From Fibrobacterales bacterium (GTDB lineage: Bacteria > Fibrobacterota > Fibrobacteria > Fibrobacterales > JAOPTW01): a stretch of DNA of 64,000 nucleotides. Below, in pieces: positions 9,986-18,101 of the stretch. Position 1 is the first letter of the stretch. Every line of letters starts with the position of its first letter. The stretch lies in assembly GCA_051532055.1 (NCBI GenBank), contig JAOPTX010000044.1:1-64000 (forward strand). The letters run 5' to 3'. The notes under the pieces are model-generated. The model searched no databases. It saw only the letters and a program-made list of their open reading frames with translations, and was not told where the DNA came from. A program made the position numbers and the translations under genes.

Positions 9986-11191
9986 ATGAGGTTATGCGTG
10001 GCGCATTTAGACTATGAAGAAGACTTTAAAAATATACTCCTAGATAAGGATTTGGTCTCTAAAGATCTTATTGGAGAGTACGTTAAATGGGTGAAAGAGT
10101 ATCATTCTTTTTTAAATGAAAAGTCTGACGAAGAGAGCACAGTCTCTACATATAAAAAATATCTGATGGGGATTTCAGGTGTTGAAATATGGCAGGTTGA
10201 ACAAGCCATAGAAGCAGTGAGCCTCTATTATAATACGCTTCCTCAAGTTGCGATAGTTCCGACTATCTCTAATTGGCGCGAAGCTATGGAGGCTGTACAT
10301 AATGACCCTAACTTTAATATGTATAGTTCTGTCACACAAAAAACTTATATAACGTGGTTAAATAAAGTTAAAGATTTTTATATGTCTACAGTGCCTTCTG
10401 AGCTCACTGTGACTGACCTTCAGGAGTTTATTCAATATACAAATGATAACTCCTCTCTAAATGTTGCATCTCGAAATCATGTTATTGCAGCGCTTCTTTA
10501 TTTTATGCGTTGTATTCTAAAAAAAGATTCTACTGACTTGTTGGGGATGATTGAGCATGTTGCACAAAGCAAACGTCCGGTCGTAATTGAAGATGAGCAT
10601 ATCGAAAAAATATATGAGAACTTGACTGATCACTACTATTACATATCGCTTATTATGTCTGAATGTGGTTTGCGTTTAGATGAGGCAGTGAGCCTTCGCG
10701 TAAGAGATGTCGACCTTGATCAAAATTATATTGTGGTACGTTCAAGTAAGAGTGTTACTGATCGCTATGTGTTTCTCTCTGATCGTGCAAAGATGGTTAT
10801 GAATAAGTACCTTTTAGAGTTAAAGGAAGAGTATAACGCTATGCCAAATCAAAGACGCATAGAAGTAGTTATGCCTGTTGATCTCATAAATTCTGATGCA
10901 TATCCTCCAACATCATGGGAGCTGCAGTGGTTGTTTCCTGCAAAAAGTCTTATTGTTGATGAGTGTGATGGTAAAGTTAAACGCAATCATATTCATAAAA
11001 GCTCTGTACAGCGCTCAATTAAGCTTGCAGTCAAAGAACTTGGTTTTGAGAAGTCAATTACTCCTCACACTTTTAGACATTGCTTTGCCGTTCGTATGCT
11101 CAAAAAAGGGTATGATCTTGAGGTGGTTCAGAAAATGCTCGGTCAGAATAATATCAACAGCACATTAGTCTACACTCTTTTTTATCCCTAG
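9986..11191 (+). CDS. Diverged integron-integrase-like tyrosine recombinase (long N-terminal form)
   Basis: CGLRLDEAVSLRVRDVD; IntI-type insertion W.LQWLFPA...RNHIH.S.VQR; TPHTFRHCFA; LGQ in place of LGH; catalytic Tyr in VYT. Confidence 0.8.
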   Translation: MRLCVAHLDYEEDFKNILLDKDLVSKDLIGEYVKWVKEYHSFLNEKSDEESTVSTYKKYLMGISGVEIWQVEQAIEAVSLYYNTLPQVAIVPTISNWREAMEAVHNDPNFNMYSSVTQKTYITWLNKVKDFYMSTVPSELTVTDLQEFIQYTNDNSSLNVASRNHVIAALLYFMRCILKKDSTDLLGMIEHVAQSKRPVVIEDEHIEKIYENLTDHYYYISLIMSECGLRLDEAVSLRVRDVDLDQNYIVVRSSKSVTDRYVFLSDRAKMVMNKYLLELKEEYNAMPNQRRIEVVMPVDLINSDAYPPTSWELQWLFPAKSLIVDECDGKVKRNHIHKSSVQRSIKLAVKELGFEKSITPHTFRHCFAVRMLKKGYDLEVVQKMLGQNNINSTLVYTLFYP

Positions 11192-11296
11192 TTTTTTATA
11201 CATAATTTGACTGATGCTGCGTTAAATGAGGTTCGACGTACTAAAGTACGCCTTTACCTCATTTGCCTTGTCTCAGCCTAAATTATGAATAAAAAA
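11192..11296. repeat. About 105-bp nested palindrome (MITE/ERIC-like hairpin element)
   Basis: Arms ttttttatacataattt/aaattatgaataaaaaa (16/17 match), aaatgaggt/acctcattt and cgtact-aa-agtacg, with a CTGCGTT/GCCTTG internal loop. Confidence 0.75.
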
Positions 11297-11390
11297 TATT
11301 TCGTTCCGCACTCTTTCAGAGTGCCATTACTTTTTTTAAATCCGTTTATTTACTTGATACTTCTTTGAAGGACCTTTGTAACTCAAAGTA

Positions 11391-13193
11391 TTAGAAGCCT
11401 ATGAATCTTGTGGCGATGGTGCGAACCTCTTTGTCGTTCAGTACGTGAAATGTTCTGAGTTGATTGAGGGTTTCGGTACTGAATTTTGCGAAGGGCATCC
11501 AGATGAGGTTCTTTTTATATTTTCTGGCAATTTTATTGAGAGCTGGAGTTGGCTTCCTCGCAGAGACGTATGCTATATTTTTATCGGCAGCATTCACACA
11601 GGCACCATGAAGTAACTGCTCAGCTAGGGTGTTTCCTTCTAATCCAAATGGGTTGTTAACGGGCCTTGGCGGGAAGAGCAGGGATAATCCGCCGTATTGA
11701 GCCCGAGCGACCCCAGGGCCAATAAGGTCATTCATGGGGTCTGTTCCAAAAAAGGTGAGGGTTGACTCTTCCGCATGCTCTGCAAACCAAACGGTTTGAT
11801 GGGGGTAGTTTATGTCATTGGCATCATCAAAAATAATGACAACAGTATCAATGTGTGATCGTCCTGGTGGAATCTCTTTGACATAGATCTTTTTAGTATG
11901 CCAATTTCTTAAGGTCTCTCTGATATCGATGCCATCTTTTACAGAAGTTAAGAACTCTTCAGATTTGATATTAAGAGCGCTGAGCTGCTTAAGGGCAGAA
12001 CGGCGTATATGAGAATTGAAATTTTCAATACGAGTGTCTTCAGGGAGGTGTGAGCACATAGAGTATGGATTCCACGTATACCGGTACTCTTTCTTTTGTT
12101 CTTGTGCAGGGTCCTGTTTTAATTTTAACGTTTTCCATTCTAAATTGAGATCAGCAAAAAGGTTCTCTGCTTCTTCACTTTCTCCAAAAGGTTCTTTAAT
12201 TTGTCCTAAACCAACACCAAGAGTTTGATCATCTTCGGGGTTGATAAATGGGTAGTGTTTGGCGGCTTTGAGTACATTAAGGGCAAAGCGGTCATCGAAC
12301 ACTCCTTTGGCAGCATCAATAATATCTATAAGTCCAGGGGAGAGTCTCTTATTGAGATAGGTCAGGTTGCGAATATAGGTGAGTGCTGTTTGAATTCGAT
12401 GAGGAGATACCCGAGTCCCTTGTACGGAATCTCTCACAAATTGTTCACGAGTATCAATGAAAAGTCGTTTAATAAGTTCTGGAAGGTCGGGGCGTTCTGC
12501 AAAAATATCATGACGACTCATTTCATGAAGCCCAGTGTAAAAAGGGAGTTCTCCAAGGCAGAAATAGAGGTGGTTAGGATTAATAGGGAATCGAGTTATA
12601 GTACAGAGTGGCGCACTATTTTTTAAATCAGAAAAGGCATTGGCATAGATGAGCTTTTCTAATCCCAAAATGTGATTCATGCCACAGACAACCAAAATAT
12701 TAGAATATTTTTTTTCCAAGTTCAGGAGGTTTTGGGCCATCATTCGTTCACGGGTAAGCTTCGAACGAGAAGGAACTTTTGGAGTAGCTTTTTGGAGAAC
12801 CTTTTTACAGAGAGTATAATAATCGTCAAAACCAATCTTAGTTATTGCATAGGGGTCAGGGAGATATGGTGTTTCGGTTAGCTCTGGTGGGTCGTTGTGA
12901 TCAATGCAATGTATTGGTATGTTGTTCTGCATTCCCTGACGGGCGGCTTCTATTATAGAGTCACATGGGTCTATGGGGATAAAACAACTGTAGTTGTCGT
13001 ATTTCATTACCACTGCCTGAATGATAGGAAGGGCTTCAATTGCAGCGTGTACTTCATCCCATACTATTGGAGGGAGTTCAATAGCAATACAGTCAAACGA
13101 CTGATTGAGGAGTTCATCTCTCAAGTAGTTTGAAAAAGCAACTTTACCGTGGACCACAGGTAGTGCTGTTATTGATGGGGTAAGGCTAATCAT
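11391..13193 (-). CDS. Uncharacterised 600-aa partner of the MoxR-like ATPase (TraB/YehM-like N-terminal half)
   Basis: PVVHG...DCIAIELP...IPIHCID...RERMMA...ILVVCGMNH; 8-bp overlap with the ATPase gene. Confidence 0.65.
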   Translation of the reverse strand: MISLTPSITALPVVHGKVAFSNYLRDELLNQSFDCIAIELPPIVWDEVHAAIEALPIIQAVVMKYDNYSCFIPIDPCDSIIEAARQGMQNNIPIHCIDHNDPPELTETPYLPDPYAITKIGFDDYYTLCKKVLQKATPKVPSRSKLTRERMMAQNLLNLEKKYSNILVVCGMNHILGLEKLIYANAFSDLKNSAPLCTITRFPINPNHLYFCLGELPFYTGLHEMSRHDIFAERPDLPELIKRLFIDTREQFVRDSVQGTRVSPHRIQTALTYIRNLTYLNKRLSPGLIDIIDAAKGVFDDRFALNVLKAAKHYPFINPEDDQTLGVGLGQIKEPFGESEEAENLFADLNLEWKTLKLKQDPAQEQKKEYRYTWNPYSMCSHLPEDTRIENFNSHIRRSALKQLSALNIKSEEFLTSVKDGIDIRETLRNWHTKKIYVKEIPPGRSHIDTVVIIFDDANDINYPHQTVWFAEHAEESTLTFFGTDPMNDLIGPGVARAQYGGLSLLFPPRPVNNPFGLEGNTLAEQLLHGACVNAADKNIAYVSARKPTPALNKIARKYKKNLIWMPFAKFSTETLNQLRTFHVLNDKEVRTIATRFIGF

Positions 13194-14109
13194 GGTCAGG
13201 GTTTAGATCTTGATCATCATCTCCAAAAAAGAATTCACCCATGTCCATTTCAGGGATATTAGGATAAATGAGTCTCCGTTTATTGGCAAGGTCCTCAAGG
13301 TTCAAGGCTTCTTTACCCAGTATTTGAGTTATTGCTTGTTCAAAAATGTCTTGTAATGATCGGTCGGAATTATGACTCAATTTTAATGTGTAACGAATAG
13401 AGTTTATACCATCACGGATAGAATAAGGAAGGTCGAGATTATGGGCCTGTTGAAGAAAATTGACGCAGAGTTCTAATATGTCCTCTTTAGCGTCAGGGAT
13501 GTTGTATTTTAAAATTTGTAATTCATCTTCACGCCCTGGAAAAGGTATCTCAATAGCAGGCTGAAGTCGTGACATAATATAGTCGGGGATTTCGAATGTA
13601 GATGAATCATCATTCATTGTAACAACACAACGAAATTCAGGGTGTGCATTAATAGTAATGCCGGCAATAATTGATTCAGCTGACCGTCGGTGATCAAGAA
13701 GCCCCGCAAGAGAAGCCCATGACTTTTCAGACATGCGATTGCCTTCATCGAGTATGGCAACACCACCAGAAATTGCAGCACTCAGTAAAGGTGATGCATG
13801 ATATGAAATCGATCCTTCTTCGCCCAGCACCGGCGTAATTATAAGATCTTCAGGGCGGGTATCTGCAGAACACTGCATGAGGAATATGTCTTGATTAAAT
13901 GCAGTGCCAGCAGCCATTGCAAGTGTTGTTTTACCTAACCCCGGGGGGCCTATAAGACGAGGGGTAAGTGGTAAGTCGCTCTCAGATATTTTTAACCAAC
14001 AGGCAGTGAGTTGATTGAGCGGTTCTTTTTGAGCTATCCATTCGGGTTTCACATCAAGTGGAGGTGAAAGGCGGATAGTTGTTCCCTGAATAGATACGGT
14101 ATCATGCAT
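13186..14109 (-). CDS. MoxR-like AAA+ ATPase
   Basis: Walker A GPPGLGKT, Walker B ILDEGNR, sensor-1 VTMN, Arg finger SRL. Confidence 0.88.
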   Translation of the reverse strand: MHDTVSIQGTTIRLSPPLDVKPEWIAQKEPLNQLTACWLKISESDLPLTPRLIGPPGLGKTTLAMAAGTAFNQDIFLMQCSADTRPEDLIITPVLGEEGSISYHASPLLSAAISGGVAILDEGNRMSEKSWASLAGLLDHRRSAESIIAGITINAHPEFRCVVTMNDDSSTFEIPDYIMSRLQPAIEIPFPGREDELQILKYNIPDAKEDILELCVNFLQQAHNLDLPYSIRDGINSIRYTLKLSHNSDRSLQDIFEQAITQILGKEALNLEDLANKRRLIYPNIPEMDMGEFFFGDDDQDLNPDHD

Positions 14110-14295
14110 AGTGAATTCTTTTTAGAAAAAATATAGCATAAATGATCAGGGATAGTGGAGGGGCTTTGTTGAGAGTTCAATCGTAATTTTATTAAAATGC
14201 AAAACTGGATAATTTCACTTAATTTTGTTGAAAATGGTGGTATAATCAATACTATTGACCTACCTTTGTGCTGCAGACTGAACAGGGGGCCGCAT

Positions 14296-15681
14296 ATGCC
14301 ACAAAATCAGCAAGAAAATTTTGAACGTCTCTATGCTACACTTCAGGATATTCTCAGTTCTGAGGAGTATGAAACGCATTTGCCGGAATGGATCGACACC
14401 ATTCAACCGGCAGACTTAGCTGCAGTTCTCAATGACTGCTCTTTTGAAGATCAGATTACACTCTATAGTTCCTTAAATTCTAGTGAAGATAAAATGGAAC
14501 TCATTTCGTTTCTAGAAGGCGAAACTCTTAAAAACGTACTTTCTGTAATACATACTGATGAATTAGTTGCCTACATTCACGATATGGCACCGGATGAAGC
14601 CGTCGACACCCTTGAAGAGCTCGAGAGTGATAAAGTAGATCAGGTTCTTAATAAATTAGAAACTGAAAAAGCTATTGAGATTCGTACGCTTCGAAAATAT
14701 CGTGAAGGCTCTGCTGGTAGTTTAATGACTACCGATTTCCTGGAAGTAAAATCTCATGCTCGAGTAAGTGATGTACTCTCTATTTTAAGAGATAGTGACT
14801 CAGACCTTGAGACTATTGATATGGGATTTGTATTAACTGAAGGTGGTAAAATACTCGGAATGTTCGATGTGAAAGACCTACTGGTACTTCCTGAAAAATC
14901 ATTTTTACTAAAACATATCGATGAAGATGTTATTACGATTAGTGATACGAGCCCCACTGAAGAGGTGTATCAGATGATGACTCACCACAGTCTTTCGGTA
15001 CTCCCCGTTACTGATAATGGTGGCAAAATGGTTGGGATTATTACGGCAGATGATGTACTTGATGAAGTGCGCACTATTGTAGATGAAGACTTTTACCACA
15101 TGGTAGGTACCACAGGGGACCCATCAGGTAGAGGAGTTTTTGGGCGGGTCGTACATCGTGTACCTTGGCTTGCGAGTACCTTAATTGGTGGAAGTATTGC
15201 AGCAGTTATTATGAATCTCTTTGGAGTGAATAAAATAGTGACATCATTTGTCCCTTTTGTAATGGCAATCGCAGGTAATGTTGGTGTGCAAAGTGCGACC
15301 ATTATTGTGAGAGAACTCGTTAATCAAGAATTTAGTTCTCATCACTTACAAGAGAGTATCAAAAAAGAAATACTTACCGGATGGGTGAATGCCGCAATTT
15401 TTGGGTTGCTTGCATTCGTCCTTTTGTTCGTGGTATCCCAATTTTCAGATGTCAGTACATTGTCATTAGCTCTTGGAGTGGGGATTGGAGTATTTGGCGC
15501 TATGAGCTTTGCTGCAGTAATGGGTGGAATTGCACCACTGATGTTTACTTATTTTAAAATAGATCCGGCAATAAGTTCGGGGCCTATAATTATGGTGACA
15601 ACTGATATCGTGGGATTAACAATTTATTTAAGTGTGGTGAGTGCTATCTTTTCTCTATTGGGGACCCCAATAGTAGGTTAA
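14296..15681 (+). CDS. mgtE: Magnesium transporter MgtE
   Basis: Acidic N domain, SAGSLMTTDF CBS pair, GIITADDV, R.PWL, GNVGVQS and IDPAISSGP...TTD. Confidence 0.92.
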   Translation: MPQNQQENFERLYATLQDILSSEEYETHLPEWIDTIQPADLAAVLNDCSFEDQITLYSSLNSSEDKMELISFLEGETLKNVLSVIHTDELVAYIHDMAPDEAVDTLEELESDKVDQVLNKLETEKAIEIRTLRKYREGSAGSLMTTDFLEVKSHARVSDVLSILRDSDSDLETIDMGFVLTEGGKILGMFDVKDLLVLPEKSFLLKHIDEDVITISDTSPTEEVYQMMTHHSLSVLPVTDNGGKMVGIITADDVLDEVRTIVDEDFYHMVGTTGDPSGRGVFGRVVHRVPWLASTLIGGSIAAVIMNLFGVNKIVTSFVPFVMAIAGNVGVQSATIIVRELVNQEFSSHHLQESIKKEILTGWVNAAIFGLLAFVLLFVVSQFSDVSTLSLALGVGIGVFGAMSFAAVMGGIAPLMFTYFKIDPAISSGPIIMVTTDIVGLTIYLSVVSAIFSLLGTPIVG

Positions 15682-16538
15682 TTCTTAATCGCTGGTTCAT
15701 AAAAAATACCAGAAATTATGCCTTTTTCGCCATGTGAAATTTTGAATTTGTCAGTGATATTATTTATGGTTTCTGATGCTCCAATAAGGAGTACACCATT
15801 GGGTGTGAGAAGGTCATACATTTTATTGTAGATAGCAACCTTTGTTTCCGCATTAAAATAGATGAGGACATTGCGGCAAAATACAATTTGAAAATGGCCG
15901 AGAATTCTAAATTGATCTATAAGATTGATACGCTTGAAGCTGACCATACGTTTAATTTGATCAACGAGTTCCCAATTATTTTCATCATGCACTTTGAAAT
16001 ATTTTTCGAGGAGGTTTTGTGGAAGGCCTCGTGATATACTGATTTTGTTATAAATACCTGTCTCAGCGTGTTTTAATATTTCTTCAGAAATATCACTTGC
16101 TACTATTTCAACTTTGCCCCTGAGTTGAGGGTAGGTTTTTTCCATTTCAGTAATGATCATTGCAATGGAGTAAGGTTCTTGACCGCTCGAAGATGCTGCG
16201 CACCAGATTCTGATTTTTGGAATTTTGCCTGCTTTAAGCATATCTACGAATCGAGGAATGAGAATTGATTCAAGAAGCTCAAATGGTTTTTTATCTCTGA
16301 ACCACAATGTTTCATTTGTTGTTATGGCATCGATAACTTCATTAATAAGGTTGGGACCAGCAATTGCTAGTTTATTGTAGAATTCAATAAAACTCATGCA
16401 TTTGTGTTGAAATGCAATTTTGGATAGCCGTTGTTCTATAAGATATTGTTTGGTTGGCTCTATGAAGATTCCTGTTTTTGTATGAATAAATGTTTGAAAC
16501 AGGGTAAACTCATTGGGATTTAGTTTAAGAGTAAACAT
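15678..16538 (-). CDS. cheR: Chemotaxis methyltransferase CheR
   Basis: TTNETLWFRD, RIWCAASSSGQEPYS, FCRNVLIYF. Confidence 0.95.
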   Translation of the reverse strand: MFTLKLNPNEFTLFQTFIHTKTGIFIEPTKQYLIEQRLSKIAFQHKCMSFIEFYNKLAIAGPNLINEVIDAITTNETLWFRDKKPFELLESILIPRFVDMLKAGKIPKIRIWCAASSSGQEPYSIAMIITEMEKTYPQLRGKVEIVASDISEEILKHAETGIYNKISISRGLPQNLLEKYFKVHDENNWELVDQIKRMVSFKRINLIDQFRILGHFQIVFCRNVLIYFNAETKVAIYNKMYDLLTPNGVLLIGASETINNITDKFKISHGEKGIISGIFYEPAIKN

Positions 16539-17626
16539 TATGTCAGTAACTCCCGTAGTTTTGGGGCGATCTGGTCAATATCAATGGAGATATCGCTCAA
16601 ACCTGCATCATCAACTGCTTTGGGCATGCCATAGACGACACAGCTGTTAGCCGATTGAGTGATACAGTACGCTTTATTACTTTTAAGGAGTGAGACTCCA
16701 CCGCATCCATCCGAGCCCATACCAGTCAATATCATAGATAGAATTGGTTCATTGAGGTAGGATTTTGAGATTGAACGAAAAGTGTAATCAACTGCAGGTT
16801 TACAACTGTTTTCAGGGGGGGCATCAGAGATAACGATTTTACTACTTAATCCATCTTTTTGGATAGCCATTTGTTTGCCCCCAGGGGCGATATACACCGA
16901 TCCTGGTTTTAAAATATCGCCGTGGGATGCTTCGGTAACCGATAACTCAGATTTTTTATCGAGAGATTCGGCGAGGGATTTAGTAAAGTTGGCAGGCATA
17001 TGCTGGATAATGAGAATGGGGATCTTAATGTTTTTTGGGAGGAGTGGTATGATCTTGCCCAGTGCTTGAGGACCACCAGTTGAGACTCCAATAGCGAGTA
17101 AAGTATACGCTGAACGCGCAGGAATTGAACTTGTTGGTTTAGAATAGGTTGGTCGAGAAGTAGGCGTCGCTATAGCTTGCTTTGCAGATACTACTGGAGA
17201 CTCATTTTTAAAAGTTATAGAAGGATGTAATGTTTTAAATAGAGTGTGTACCTGTTTTTCTAAAACTTTTTTATTTGAATCGTGAGAGCCATCGGTTGGT
17301 TTTTGTATAAAATCTACTGCACCATTATTCAGCGCCTCAATAGTGAGGGATGCTTGTGAATAATTTTCACTACTCATGAGGATCACTTGGATCTTGGGGT
17401 TATTCTCTTTTATTTTTTTTTGAAGCTCAAAGCCATTCATCCCAGGCATGTTGATGTCAGAAAAAACAAGTGCATATTGAGATGTCTCTATTTTCTTCAA
17501 TGCTATATCTGCATTGGGAGCGGTATGAATAGTAGTACACTCTGCTATTTGAGTGATAATATCCGAGAGGCTCTTGCGATAAATTACACTATCATCGACT
17601 ATAAGTACAGGGTAGGTTTCCGCCAT
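16538..17626 (-). CDS. cheB: Chemotaxis methylesterase CheB (REC plus esterase)
   Basis: GVSTGGP, IQHMP, TGMGSDG, VVYGMP. Confidence 0.95.
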   Translation of the reverse strand: MAETYPVLIVDDSVIYRKSLSDIITQIAECTTIHTAPNADIALKKIETSQYALVFSDINMPGMNGFELQKKIKENNPKIQVILMSSENYSQASLTIEALNNGAVDFIQKPTDGSHDSNKKVLEKQVHTLFKTLHPSITFKNESPVVSAKQAIATPTSRPTYSKPTSSIPARSAYTLLAIGVSTGGPQALGKIIPLLPKNIKIPILIIQHMPANFTKSLAESLDKKSELSVTEASHGDILKPGSVYIAPGGKQMAIQKDGLSSKIVISDAPPENSCKPAVDYTFRSISKSYLNEPILSMILTGMGSDGCGGVSLLKSNKAYCITQSANSCVVYGMPKAVDDAGLSDISIDIDQIAPKLRELLT

Positions 17627-17628
17627 AA

Positions 17629-18099
17629 TCAATCATTCAAAACAGAGTTAGGATTCAATAATAGAAGTAACTGTGACTCGGATTGATAGACTCCTGATAA
17701 AAATTTAGATTCAATGGTGAAGTTTGCAGGTGGATTGGTAATTTCACTATCATCAATGGATATAATGTCCCCAATCTCATTAACCATAAGCCCTACAAGG
17801 TCATCGCACTTGTAGGCCATGTTATTAAGAAGGTCATTGATGGCTGCAAATTCTCTACCTGTTTTTAATATAATACATCGGGAGGACTCGTTGTAAATTT
17901 CTGTTGTTGTACCAATTCGTTTTCCAAGATCGAGTATCGTGATGATTTCACCCCTCAAGTTCATGAGGCCGAGGATGAAATCATCGGTAAGGTCGACTTT
18001 AGTAAGTTCAGTATTTCTGTTGATCTCTCTGATAAGTAAAATATTCAAACCAAAAAGATATTTACCAACCCTAAATGTTGTATATTGTTGCGCTGCCAT
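17629..18099 (-). CDS. cheW: Chemotaxis coupling protein CheW
   Basis: GLMNLRGEIITILDL; lies between cheA and cheB. Confidence 0.93.
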   Translation of the reverse strand: MAAQQYTTFRVGKYLFGLNILLIREINRNTELTKVDLTDDFILGLMNLRGEIITILDLGKRIGTTTEIYNESSRCIILKTGREFAAINDLLNNMAYKCDDLVGLMVNEIGDIISIDDSEITNPPANFTIESKFLSGVYQSESQLLLLLNPNSVLND

Positions 18100-18101
18100 G
18101 A

